DNA of 64,000 bases, from contig OZ242029.1 of NCBI GenBank assembly GCA_965205015.1, forward strand, positions 4,608,001-4,672,000, read 5' to 3'. Below the pieces are notes generated by a model. It made no database searches. It saw nothing but the letters and a program-made list of their open reading frames with translations, and was not told where the DNA came from. Both the position numbers and the translations under genes were made by a program. Positions 37,439-47,130 of this stretch are shown in pieces. This stretch comes from Candidatus Poribacteria bacterium (GTDB lineage Bacteria > Poribacteria > WGA-4E > WGA-3G). The stretch's first letter is position 1. Every line of letters begins with the position of its first letter.

Positions 37439-40423
37439 CTATTCCTCTTCAAGTGAGACCTGAAAGATTCCGAGTTGGTAGGTAGCCACATACAACCTGT
37501 CCTTACTGGTGACAAGAGAAACAACTCTATCGGTATCTGATGGATCGAACTGCCAAGCCACGTGTGTAGCACTGTTATTACTCGTGATGAGAGACGCAGT
37601 TTTATCTGAAACACCTGGAGAAATTTCATGCCATCTACCACGATCATCCAAACGATAGACACCTGTATCACCAATGCCAAAAATTCCGATATCATTTACA
37701 GTGAATTTATCTATGACAACAGGCATCCCGATTTTATTCGTGATTACATGCCAGTGTGTGCCGGTTTGCGAGCGCAGGACCCCTTTATCTGTTGCAACAT
37801 AAACCGTTGAACCCGCAAAGACTATCTCTTTGAAATGGTCAAAGTGGAGTGGAAGGCTTGAGGTAAGGTCTTTCCAAGTGTCACCACCATCAAACGATTG
37901 AAACAGCCTACCCTCCCGCTTCCCTACATAGACAGTCTCCCCTGAAACCGCTAACTTGAACTCTCTATCCAAGTCGCTATTCGGCTGTTCACCGGTATCT
38001 ACCAGTCCAGTGTTTGTCCATTCCGAATCGCCGGGTTTCCATTTGAAAAGTCGCCGTAGATACTCTATGTAGAACGTCTCTCCACTGACTGCAAATCCGC
38101 CAACTTTTTGTCCATACACATCAAGGAGATAATACGTAGCCGGTACATTCTTAATCACTGGACGCCCCGCTGCCACGTCTGCCTGTTTCAACGCTTCAAA
38201 ATGTTCCTCTGTCCAAAACTCAAGAACGAGTGTTTCGCCATCAAAATCAGGCATGCCTTGAACGGGCATCAGCTCGGGATTTCCATCCGTAGATAAACGA
38301 AAGACACGATGGGTGTCCCATTCATTCACAATCACATAGAAAATATCATTAACAATAACTACCTTTGAATACCCAAAGTAACCGACATAAACAACTTCCC
38401 ATGACGCGCCGTTATCGGTTGATTTGTAAATCCCCTCGTAGGTATGTAGATAGAGGTGATCGTTGAACACAATCAAACCAAGTGTTCCGCTTCCGACCAT
38501 CCCTTTCACAGACGGATGCCATGAGTTTCCAGCATCAGTTGTGCGGTAAGCCCCGTATATTCCGGCTCTGTAATATGTATTTTCGTCCACCGCCACAAGT
38601 GGGCACCTATTCAACATAAACAAATCCATAACAGATCGGAGATTTATCGGAGCGTCCTCTCCATATCCTGGATAAAACATAGGTTTATTTTTTGTTAAGG
38701 ACGTTTTACCATCAGCCAAAAGTTTTATACCAGTGGCTGTCCGTACAAATGCCGATTCATCTTTAGGCGTTATATCAGTCCACGATGTCCCCAAGTCAGC
38801 TGAATGGAAAATACGACCTGAACTGGCACTATCGCCGTGCATTATCTCCTTCATCGTCTCCGTCTCTGCAAAAAGATCGGGTCCCGTCTTAACATAGAGA
38901 TCGTTTTCATAAACCTCCATAGCGTGGATAGCTTCAGACACACCCATAGGGAGTTGCTCCCAAACATCTGATGTGTTGAGACGGTAGAGCCCGCAGTTCG
39001 TGCCAGCGAATACTGTGTTTTTCACCGCTGCCGCGGCATATATTTTTTTACCTGTCAATCCATTGTTAAAGGGACGCCACTGCTTACCCATATCCGTAGA
39101 TCGGAAAACACCTTTATCCAAATGGACGAGATACATTACAGGTCCTGCTTGTGAATCCTGCTTTTCTGTCTCATCTGTGATAGCAAATCCAGTCGTATAT
39201 CCCCTCGGTAGGATACCACGCAGCACATGCCATGATTCACCCCCATCAGTTGAAGCATATAACCTGTCAGTAGCAATATAGAGGGTGTCTCCATGCTCTG
39301 TAATCACAAAGTCTCCGAAAGTCGGGACACTTCTGTCGATGAGTGTCCATGTGGTTCTGTCCTTTGCCAATCTGTAGATTCCTGTGAGTGCCACGGCGTA
39401 GATATCTCCTGCAGATGTAGCAAAAAGATTGATAGTAGCACCGCCTTGGAGTCCATTTGTATGCGTCCACCCCGATGCTGAAAACTTGGCAACATTTTCT
39501 CGTGCATCGGAAGCAAAAACGGTCTTGGAAATCTGCGAACCCCTACTATTGTTCTTACCGGGGGTAGCCGCACGCCCAACCCGATTTCGTATCGCCGGTT
39601 TCAACGCAACATCAAGGACAATAGGCGCGTCAACGATTTCAATTGTGGGTTCAGATCGTGCCTCAAAACTATATGGACGCTGAAAACGAGTAACGTATTG
39701 ATTGCTTACCCCCATCAGCAACATAACCAATACGGTAACTGTTCCCACAGCCGCCCATGGGAGCAAGGGTTTCCCGACTGGTGGCTGCGTCGGCTTTATG
39801 TCAGCGACCTGCCGCATGATGTTCTCAGTGAAGTCGGCAGAGAGTTGAACACCTCCAAGCATTTCACGAATCATCGACTCGTTATCCTTTAAACGTTCTC
39901 GCGCCCGTCGTAGCCGACTCTTAATCGTATTCACCGAAACACCTAAAAACTTGCTAATCTCCTTCGCTGTCATTTCACCGAGATAGTAAAGCGTCACGAC
40001 CGTGCGTTCACTCTCCGGCAGCCTTTGTAGAAGTCTTTTAACGATCGCATAGCGACGTTCAGTCGCTTCCGTCTCACGTTGCCCCGATATATAACGGGTA
40101 TAAGAGGATTTCTCTATCTCTCCCATAGATGTGTCCTCCAGCGATTGCATTGCGGATTTGTTCCTTTGAATCCACTTAAGGCACAGCCGATTTGCGATCA
40201 CATAAAGCCATCCGGCAAACTGATTTGGATCCCTCAGCGTCGTAAGGTTTTTATATGCCTGAAGGAAGGTATCTTGGGCAATTTCCTCAGCGAAATGAAA
40301 ATCGCCAACCTTCCGCCATGCCAAGGCGTGAACACTCTTCTGGTACTTTCGGACTAAGGTGTTGAACGCCTCATCATCGCCCGATAAAATTCTACGAATC
40401 AGCTGAACATCTTTTTCTTCCAT
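37439..40423 (-). CDS. ECF sigma-70 factor fused through one TM helix to a large BNR/Asp-box beta-propeller region
   Basis: Region 2 AEEIAQDTF...FAGWLYVIA, region 4 EISKFLGVSVNTIKSRL, TM LLPWAAVGTVTVLVMLLMGV, repeated S.D.G.(S/T)W Asp boxes. Confidence 0.88.
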   Translation of the reverse strand: MEEKDVQLIRRILSGDDEAFNTLVRKYQKSVHALAWRKVGDFHFAEEIAQDTFLQAYKNLTTLRDPNQFAGWLYVIANRLCLKWIQRNKSAMQSLEDTSMGEIEKSSYTRYISGQRETEATERRYAIVKRLLQRLPESERTVVTLYYLGEMTAKEISKFLGVSVNTIKSRLRRARERLKDNESMIREMLGGVQLSADFTENIMRQVADIKPTQPPVGKPLLPWAAVGTVTVLVMLLMGVSNQYVTRFQRPYSFEARSEPTIEIVDAPIVLDVALKPAIRNRVGRAATPGKNNSRGSQISKTVFASDARENVAKFSASGWTHTNGLQGGATINLFATSAGDIYAVALTGIYRLAKDRTTWTLIDRSVPTFGDFVITEHGDTLYIATDRLYASTDGGESWHVLRGILPRGYTTGFAITDETEKQDSQAGPVMYLVHLDKGVFRSTDMGKQWRPFNNGLTGKKIYAAAAVKNTVFAGTNCGLYRLNTSDVWEQLPMGVSEAIHAMEVYENDLYVKTGPDLFAETETMKEIMHGDSASSGRIFHSADLGTSWTDITPKDESAFVRTATGIKLLADGKTSLTKNKPMFYPGYGEDAPINLRSVMDLFMLNRCPLVAVDENTYYRAGIYGAYRTTDAGNSWHPSVKGMVGSGTLGLIVFNDHLYLHTYEGIYKSTDNGASWEVVYVGYFGYSKVVIVNDIFYVIVNEWDTHRVFRLSTDGNPELMPVQGMPDFDGETLVLEFWTEEHFEALKQADVAAGRPVIKNVPATYYLLDVYGQKVGGFAVSGETFYIEYLRRLFKWKPGDSEWTNTGLVDTGEQPNSDLDREFKLAVSGETVYVGKREGRLFQSFDGGDTWKDLTSSLPLHFDHFKEIVFAGSTVYVATDKGVLRSQTGTHWHVITNKIGMPVVIDKFTVNDIGIFGIGDTGVYRLDDRGRWHEISPGVSDKTASLITSNNSATHVAWQFDPSDTDRVVSLVTSKDRLYVATYQLGIFQVSLEEE

Positions 40424-40694
40424 CAGATTTCTCCATGATTAGCGTTAGCAGATAGCGAACCAGACAATTGTGCCTTAATGAAATCGTTAAATTTAATACA
40501 TTTCCGCACTATTTACTTATTAATGATACAATTTTAAGGCGAAAAGGGTGCATAAAATTAGAAAAAAATCATAGAAACCTGATTTTTTTAATTTTTAGTA
40601 GAATTAATAAGGAAAACGTGGTGTGATAGACGAAGAGGGTCTTATATCTCTGATTGAAAACCGAGGGTTCTATATTGTTCGTTCGGTAAACGGT

Positions 40695-41294
40695 TCAAGC
40701 ATCTGGAAGGAGTTTAAAAGTACGACGATGAATTTCGGATGTGCCGAACTGGGCAATTGCTTGTCGATGTTGGGATGTAGGATACCCTTTATGCCGCGAG
40801 AATCCGTAGTTGGGGTAAGCGCGATCCAACTCGACCATGAGTTGGTCTCGAGTGATTTTAGCGATAACAGAGGCTGCCGCAATAGAATAACTTTTGCTAT
40901 CGCCTTTCGGAATGGCTTCACCTGCAATATCGACTTCAGGTAAATCCAAGCCGTCAACGAGCAAGTAATCGGGGGGTGGCGTCAATTTTTCAACCGCTTC
41001 CCGCATCGCTAATAGCGTCGCCTCAAGAATATTGAAACGATCAATACCTCGATGATTAACAGAACCGATACCTATGGACACAGCAACGTCGTGGATTTCG
41101 TCAAACAGGTGGGTACGTTGTTTCGGAGTCAACAGTTTTGAATCTCGCAATCCCTTAATACTGCAATCGATCGGTAAAACGACTGCAGCGGCAATAACGG
41201 GACCTGCCAAGGCACCTCGACCCGCCTCGTCAATGCCAGCAATCCGTTTGTAGCCATTTTGTTGGCATGCAAGCTCAAAAACGTTCATCTCCAT
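40695..41294 (-). CDS. rnhB: Ribonuclease HII
   Basis: GIDEAGRG.LAGPV, DSK, DG, KGD...SIAAAS, HKGYPT; start reassigned to ATG 41294. Confidence 0.95.
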   Translation of the reverse strand: MEMNVFELACQQNGYKRIAGIDEAGRGALAGPVIAAAVVLPIDCSIKGLRDSKLLTPKQRTHLFDEIHDVAVSIGIGSVNHRGIDRFNILEATLLAMREAVEKLTPPPDYLLVDGLDLPEVDIAGEAIPKGDSKSYSIAAASVIAKITRDQLMVELDRAYPNYGFSRHKGYPTSQHRQAIAQFGTSEIHRRTFKLLPDA

Positions 41295-41298
41295 CAAG

Positions 41299-41643
41299 TT
41301 ATCTTCTGCGTTCTTTGACTCGGGCAGCTCTTCCAGTCCGATCGCGTAAGTAATACAACTTCGCACGGCGAACAGCACCGTATCGAATCACCTGGATGCT
41401 TTCAATATTGGGAGAATGGAGCGGGAACGTCCTTTCACTTCCAGCACCAAATGCGACACGCCGAACCGTAAACGTCTCTTTCAATCCCCCATGGTTGCGA
41501 CGGATGACAGTGCCTTCGTATGCCTGAATGCGTTCCTTCTGTCCTTCACGGATACGTGTGTTCACCTTGACAACATCCCCAGGACCAAATTCAGGGATAT
41601 TGCTCTTCATGTATTGATTCTCAACAGACTCAATTAAATTCAT
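41299..41643 (-). CDS. rplS: 50S ribosomal protein L19
   Basis: [35 protein letters not shown]. Confidence 0.98.
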   Translation of the reverse strand: MNLIESVENQYMKSNIPEFGPGDVVKVNTRIREGQKERIQAYEGTVIRRNHGGLKETFTVRRVAFGAGSERTFPLHSPNIESIQVIRYGAVRRAKLYYLRDRTGRAARVKERRR

Positions 41644-41731
41644 CTCTAATGCCTCCTTACGTAATATAAGTGCTGATATATTTTTCTGCAGATTTACAGG
41701 TCGCTGAAAGACCGAAAACCAATTCTTTGGT

Positions 41732-42460
41732 TTACTCCATCAATCCTGCCGCTCTGAGAATCGCGATATCCTCTTCGTTCAGCTCCAATCTCTGAAGTAG
41801 ATCCGGACGGCACTCCGCAGTACGTTTGAGTGCCTCCGCGTACCGCCATTTCTCAATATTCTCATGATGTCCACTCAAAAGCACCTCAGGGACAGTAATA
41901 CCAGCGAATTCAGCAGGGCGTGTATAGTGTGGATGGTCGAGTAACTCTTGACTGAACGAATCGACATGTGCTGACTCATAATCGCCAAGGGCTCCCGGAA
42001 GAACACGTCCAATCGCATCAATCAAAACGAGCGCAGCAATTTCTCCACCGCTCAACACATAATCGCCAATAGAAACCTCAGTTGTCACCAATCGGTGGCG
42101 CACCCGCTCATCAACGCCCTTGTAACGCCCACACAAAAGAATGAGATGCGTTTCCAAGGAAAGTGCTTCTACAACGCCTTGGGTCAAGGGTGTCCCTTGG
42201 GGTGTCAAATAGACCACGTTCGCATCCGTTTCCGGATTCAATGCCGCGAGCGCTGCGAAAATAGGTTCCGGTTTAAGGATCATTCCCGCGCCACCGCCGT
42301 AAGCATAATCGTCAACCGACTTATGTCTATCGGTCGCCCAATCTCTTAAGTTGTAGAGATTGACGGCGAGTTTATCAGCGTCCTGAACACGCTTGAGGAT
42401 ACCAGTCTTCAACGCCGGTGCGATTATCTCTGGAAACAGGGCAAGAACATCAATTCGCAT
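41732..42460 (-). CDS. trmD: tRNA (guanine37-N1)-methyltransferase
   Basis: [36 protein letters not shown]. Confidence 0.97.
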   Translation of the reverse strand: MRIDVLALFPEIIAPALKTGILKRVQDADKLAVNLYNLRDWATDRHKSVDDYAYGGGAGMILKPEPIFAALAALNPETDANVVYLTPQGTPLTQGVVEALSLETHLILLCGRYKGVDERVRHRLVTTEVSIGDYVLSGGEIAALVLIDAIGRVLPGALGDYESAHVDSFSQELLDHPHYTRPAEFAGITVPEVLLSGHHENIEKWRYAEALKRTAECRPDLLQRLELNEEDIAILRAAGLME

Positions 42461-42477
42461 TTTTATTCTGTTGACTG

Positions 42478-42741
42478 CTATTCTTCCGGCTGCGTGTCTG
42501 GTCTCGGATGCTCAATCAGTTCAAGAATAACCTTTTTATTGGCTTGCAACCCCGCTGTATAGAGAACACTTCTTATCGCTTTAAGCGTTCGCCCATATCT
42601 ACCGATGATCTTCCCCAGATCTTCCTCTGTGACAGTCAACTCAACGATAACGACCGTTTCGCCAGTTACTTCACGAACCACCACCTGGTCGGGATAATCG
42701 ACGAGAGATTTTACGATGTATTCAATCAAATCTTTGAACAT
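42478..42741 (-). CDS. khpA: KH-domain RNA-binding protein (KhpA/YlqC)
   Basis: LIEYIVKSLVD.P, DLGKIIGRYGRT; lies after rpsP. Confidence 0.92.
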   Translation of the reverse strand: MFKDLIEYIVKSLVDYPDQVVVREVTGETVVIVELTVTEEDLGKIIGRYGRTLKAIRSVLYTAGLQANKKVILELIEHPRPDTQPEE

Positions 42742-42791
42742 AGTTGACTTTCGGATTTCAGAGGAGTTTTCAGTCTTCAGTTAACTGATAA

Positions 42792-43208
42792 CTATTCTTC
42801 GGCGGCCTCGGGTGTTTCTGCGTCGGGTGTTGCTTCGTCAGACGAGGTATCCGTTTCAGGCGTTGCGTCCTGTGTCTCGGTAGGTTCGACTTCTTCCGTT
42901 TTTGCGACTTCTTCGACGGCTTCACTTCCCGGCATCGGTTTCCCTAATTTTTCGTACTCGAATTTCATCAAAATCCCGTTCTGGGTGAGCAGCCGCTTTG
43001 CGGTATCGGAAGGTTGTGCCCCCCGTCGTAACCACTTTAAGGCTTTCTCCTCATCAATGAAAACATCTGCCGGATCCGTCATAGGATTGTAATGACCGAG
43101 GCGTTCTAAAAACACACCATCCCTTTGTGCGCGGGCATCCGCCGCCACAAGTCGATAAAAAGGGCGTTTTTTTCTACCGTGTCGTTGTAATCTAATTCTA
43201 ACTGCCAA
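42792..43208 (-). CDS. rpsP: 30S ribosomal protein S16 with acidic C-terminal extension
   Basis: [18 protein letters not shown]...GAQPSDT; TTG start after AAGGAG. Confidence 0.97.
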   Translation of the reverse strand: MAVRIRLQRHGRKKRPFYRLVAADARAQRDGVFLERLGHYNPMTDPADVFIDEEKALKWLRRGAQPSDTAKRLLTQNGILMKFEYEKLGKPMPGSEAVEEVAKTEEVEPTETQDATPETDTSSDEATPDAETPEAAEE

Positions 43209-43338
43209 AAAATATCTCCTTTTATAGCAGTCGGAAACCATCGGAAACCTTCAGTAAGTCGTGTGGTATTTACAATTGTTTGCAACTGCCACAACGCTCT
43301 CTTGCCGACGGCTGACCGTTGACCGCTTTTTTCCTGCT

Positions 43339-44736
43339 CTATCGTGATTTGCGGCGTTTCCGTCTTCGGGGTTTCCGCGAGGTCTGTCGTTTCAAACCCG
43401 GCATCGCCCCCATTTTTCGACCCATCTTTGGCATCGCCATCGCCGCCTGCTGGTTTAGCATACGATTCATCATCTGCAACTGTGAAACCAGCATGTTTAT
43501 TTGATTGACTGTTGTTCCACTCCCTTTGGAAATGCGGAGTTTTCGACTTCTATCCAATAGCCGAGGATTCTTGCGCTCCTCAAGCGTCATTGAATGGATA
43601 ATCGCTTTCGCCGTTCGCAAATGGCTTTCATCGGGTGTAAGGTTTTCAACAGGCAACTGATTCTTAAAGGGCATGAGATCCATCAATTGATCCAAGGGTC
43701 CCATATTTTTAAGCTGTTCCAGTTGCGTGAGAAAATCGTCAAAATCTAAACCCTTATTTTCTGTGAGTTTACGTTCAAGTTCCTTCGCCTGATCTTCGCT
43801 GAAAACGTCTTCTGCTCTTTCAAGCAACGTTTGGAAATCGCCTTGTCCGAGGATGCGCGAAGACATCCGTTCAGGATGGAATTCTTCCAACGCCGCTGCT
43901 TCAACTTTTTCACCGACACTGATGAACTTAATCGGTTTCTGAGTGACATGCCGAATAGAGAGTGCAGCCCCGCCCCGAGCATCGCCATCCATTTTCGTGA
44001 GGATAACGCCATCAATCTCCAAATCCTTATTGAAATTCTCGGCGACATTCACGGCATCCTGACCCGTCATCGCATCAACGATCAGCAGGATCTCTGTCGG
44101 TTCAACGCGTTCTTTAATCTGCCGAAGTTCATCCATTAACGTCTCATCAACGTGCAGCCGTCCAGCAGTATCAATAATAACACAGTTATGCCCGTGTGCT
44201 AAGGCTTCCTTGACAGCTGACGCAGCAATGTCAACAGGAGAGACCTCTGTCCCCATTGAGAAGACCGGCGTTTCAGTCTGTTCGCCGAGAACCTGCAACT
44301 GCTTAATAGCGGCAGGTCGATACACATCAGCGGCAACAAGCAACGGTTTACGTCCCTCTTTGCGGAATCTAAGTGCTAACTTCGCCGCGACAGTCGTTTT
44401 ACCCGCACCTTGCAATCCCGCAAGCATAACGATTGTTGGGCCCCCCGGTGCGATCTGGATCTTTTCCGCCTTTTCACCCATCAATTGGGTGAGTTCTTCA
44501 CCAATGATTCGAGCAATTTGCAGTTCTGGTGTAAGACTCCCGAGTACTTCTTGTCCGAGTGCGCGCACTTTAATCCGCTCTATAAACTCACGTGTGACTT
44601 TATAGTTAACATCCGCTTCAAGAAATGCACGACGCACCTCACGCAGCGTATCAGAGATATTGTTCTCCGTTAACTTCCCCTGTCCCTTGAGCCTTTTGAA
44701 AGTGCTTTGTAACCTATCACTCAAGCTTTCAAACAT
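43339..44736 (-). CDS. ffh: Signal recognition particle protein Ffh
   Basis: GLQGAGKT, DTAGR, TKMDGDARGGAALS, M domain. Confidence 0.98.
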   Translation of the reverse strand: MFESLSDRLQSTFKRLKGQGKLTENNISDTLREVRRAFLEADVNYKVTREFIERIKVRALGQEVLGSLTPELQIARIIGEELTQLMGEKAEKIQIAPGGPTIVMLAGLQGAGKTTVAAKLALRFRKEGRKPLLVAADVYRPAAIKQLQVLGEQTETPVFSMGTEVSPVDIAASAVKEALAHGHNCVIIDTAGRLHVDETLMDELRQIKERVEPTEILLIVDAMTGQDAVNVAENFNKDLEIDGVILTKMDGDARGGAALSIRHVTQKPIKFISVGEKVEAAALEEFHPERMSSRILGQGDFQTLLERAEDVFSEDQAKELERKLTENKGLDFDDFLTQLEQLKNMGPLDQLMDLMPFKNQLPVENLTPDESHLRTAKAIIHSMTLEERKNPRLLDRSRKLRISKGSGTTVNQINMLVSQLQMMNRMLNQQAAMAMPKMGRKMGAMPGLKRQTSRKPRRRKRRKSR

Positions 44737-44905
44737 CGTCCATGCGTCCTTTTCTGTAGGAATGAGATGTGCCTGCGCCCTGCGCTCGGTACTAAAATGT
44801 GTAATTATGAATTCCGTTGTCTAAAACACCCAAAATGTTCTATCACAGTTACATAAGTCCTGCTGTGTAAATCCGCGCAACGAGAAAATAATACCCAACT
44901 ATACA

Positions 44906-44934
44906 ATTATAGCAAATTTTACGCCTGATGTCAA
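44906..44934 (-). promoter_or_regulatory. Consensus sigma70 promoter of ffh
   Basis: Minus strand TTGACA-N17-TATAAT with TG extension. Confidence 0.75.
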
Positions 44935-44948
44935 ACTTTTTTTCATGC

Positions 44949-44977
44949 TTGACATAAACGCATACCTATGCTAAAAC
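44949..44977 (+). promoter_or_regulatory. Divergent sigma70-like promoter, possibly giving a leaderless mRNA
   Basis: TTGACA-N17-TAAAAC (TG-extended); ATG 44985 lies 7 nt after the -10, no SD. Confidence 0.5.
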
Positions 44978-44984
44978 TATAGTT

Positions 44985-46076
44985 ATGAAAATAGCAATCC
45001 GTACACAGCAACATCAGAAATTCCCGTTCTGTAACCTCTTCATCTCCCTTATCTGTGCTTTAACTGCTCTCTATTGCGGATGCCAAGGCGAAACCTTCAA
45101 TCTCGATGTAGGTGGCACTTCAGAAATCATAGAGAAATCCGGTGAACTGACAGAAAATGAGGTTTGGGACGGACGCATCTATATTACCGACACCCTTGTT
45201 GTCCCAGCAGGCATCACGCTGACGATCCGATCCGGAACCATTGTCGGTTTTGAACCGATGGATACCCCAAGCCAACTCATTGTGCAGGGTGAACTCTATG
45301 CAGAAGGATCACCGGATAGGATGATTGTCTTCGGTTCCTTGGGAAGACTCCGCGATGACCAACAACAAACACCTGAAACAGAGACCCCCTTCACGCCGAT
45401 GACCTCAGCATTCGGTACGACGGGCATGACAGAAAACACCAGCACCGAAACTCAGATAACTTTAACCGCCGATCCGCCAAAAGCAGGAGATTGGGCGGGT
45501 ATTCAGATTGAAGCCGAAAGCCCGAACAGCCGGCTGACGTATTGCCGCATCCAACATGCGACTGTCGGCATCACCTGTCGAACAGATGCCGTCCAAATCG
45601 AGAGATGTCTCCTCAGTGAGAACAAAACTGGGGTACTTTCCGAAAATACCAGTCCAACGATTACCAGCAACGAATTTAATCGGAACGGCACAGGCACACA
45701 ATTCCGAGGCAGTGCATCACCGGATGTAGAATACAACGAGTTCACGGCTAACAATTACGGAATTATATGCGAAGATGACGCTCGCCCCCGTATTCAGTAT
45801 AACATCCTCCGCGCCAACTATGAGAACGCTATCGTCTGCTATTCCACTGCCTCACCAGAGATCGTCTCCAACAACATAACGTTGAACGTCGGCTGGGCAG
45901 TCTACGACGGCGGTAGGCTCCGGGACAACTTCATTCAAGGGAATAAACAGATTGGACCTAATATCACCGAACTCGGCACCGGCACACAAAGCGATCAGTT
46001 TTACGGTGTAGACGAAGCCTACGAACCCAGAAGTTCTCCGGTAACAGAAGCCGGTGTGCCACGCGAGAATTTTTAA
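44985..46076 (+). CDS. Right-handed beta-helix (NosD-like) lipoprotein
   Basis: Hydrophobic N-terminus with CGC, GITLTI..GT.V, GDWAGI, N..GI.C...SP.I..N repeats. Confidence 0.8.
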   Translation: MKIAIRTQQHQKFPFCNLFISLICALTALYCGCQGETFNLDVGGTSEIIEKSGELTENEVWDGRIYITDTLVVPAGITLTIRSGTIVGFEPMDTPSQLIVQGELYAEGSPDRMIVFGSLGRLRDDQQQTPETETPFTPMTSAFGTTGMTENTSTETQITLTADPPKAGDWAGIQIEAESPNSRLTYCRIQHATVGITCRTDAVQIERCLLSENKTGVLSENTSPTITSNEFNRNGTGTQFRGSASPDVEYNEFTANNYGIICEDDARPRIQYNILRANYENAIVCYSTASPEIVSNNITLNVGWAVYDGGRLRDNFIQGNKQIGPNITELGTGTQSDQFYGVDEAYEPRSSPVTEAGVPRENF

Positions 46077-46090
46077 TCGGAAGTCGATAC

Positions 46091-47014
46091 ATGCGCCGAT
46101 TCAAAGCCTATCTCGAACTCATCCGCTATCCGCTTTTTGCGATTCCAATTGTCGCGACACTGCCGGGTGCGCTCATCGCCAGTGAAGGTCACTTTACACG
46201 GCGTGTCGCGGCAGCCCTGTTGATTGCACTCTGCGGCTACTTCGCCGGAATGATTAAAAACGACTACTTTCATCACGAAACAGATAAACACACCAATCCA
46301 GAACGTCCACTTCCATCACAGCGGCTGACCCCGCATCAGGCAATTGTTCCCGCGAGTATCATCTACGGGTTATGTGTGATTGGCGGCTTCTGGCTCAATA
46401 TCAAGGCTGGTCTGCTGGTAATGGGCTTAGTCGCTATCTCGCATCTCTACAACGCCATTTTCAAAGCAAAAGGGATCTTAGGAAGTCTTACGCTGCCCTT
46501 GGGCATTGGACTCCTGAGCGTCTTCGGCGCATTCGTCGTGAGTGGCAGCGTACCACGGTTGGTATGGTATGCCTTCGCCGCGACAACGCTTTACGATTTA
46601 GGCACGCATATTACGACCACCTTCAAAGACCTCTCGCGCGATAAAGAACTCGGCATCGTAACGACGCCGCTCCAGATTGGCATCCGTCCGGCACTCCTGC
46701 TCTCGGGGGTTGCCACGGTTCTCGCTTTCGCCATCGCTTTTTTGCCGTATTGGTTGGAACCAGATATCCACAAATCCTATATTGTTTGGGTAACCTTAGG
46801 CATCATCGCCACGGTTGGCACGCGTATTTCACTGTATCTCCAACCGAACGAGAAAAATGGCTATCTGGCGTTGAAAGGCTCGATGATCGGCTCAATTCTC
46901 TTTTTTCCGTGTCTCATTGGTGCCTTAGTCCCGATCGCTGTTTCTGCGGCAGTTATCGTGCCGTTGCTGTTGGTGACACTGTTTTTATTAAGAACAACGC
47001 GCCAAGAGGTTTAA
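46091..47014 (+). CDS. UbiA-family prenyltransferase (DGGGP synthase-like)
   Basis: NDYFHHETD...NPERPLPS, YN..K, KDLSRD...G..T.P; multi-TM. Confidence 0.85.
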   Translation: MRRFKAYLELIRYPLFAIPIVATLPGALIASEGHFTRRVAAALLIALCGYFAGMIKNDYFHHETDKHTNPERPLPSQRLTPHQAIVPASIIYGLCVIGGFWLNIKAGLLVMGLVAISHLYNAIFKAKGILGSLTLPLGIGLLSVFGAFVVSGSVPRLVWYAFAATTLYDLGTHITTTFKDLSRDKELGIVTTPLQIGIRPALLLSGVATVLAFAIAFLPYWLEPDIHKSYIVWVTLGIIATVGTRISLYLQPNEKNGYLALKGSMIGSILFFPCLIGALVPIAVSAAVIVPLLLVTLFLLRTTRQEV

Positions 47015-47130
47015 GGCGCGACTGTATGTGAAGAAAACTTAGGTCCCCTTATCTCTGAGAGGTAAGAACCTAATAAGAAACCGATGGTCGCCCCAACGGG
47101 ACGATCATAGCGAGGTTAAGAGTTAAAAAT

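Noticed and set aside
44740-44900. Possible SRP RNA (ffs) or other ncRNA upstream of ffh
   Set aside because: No SRP helix-8 GGAA motif or long stem recognised.
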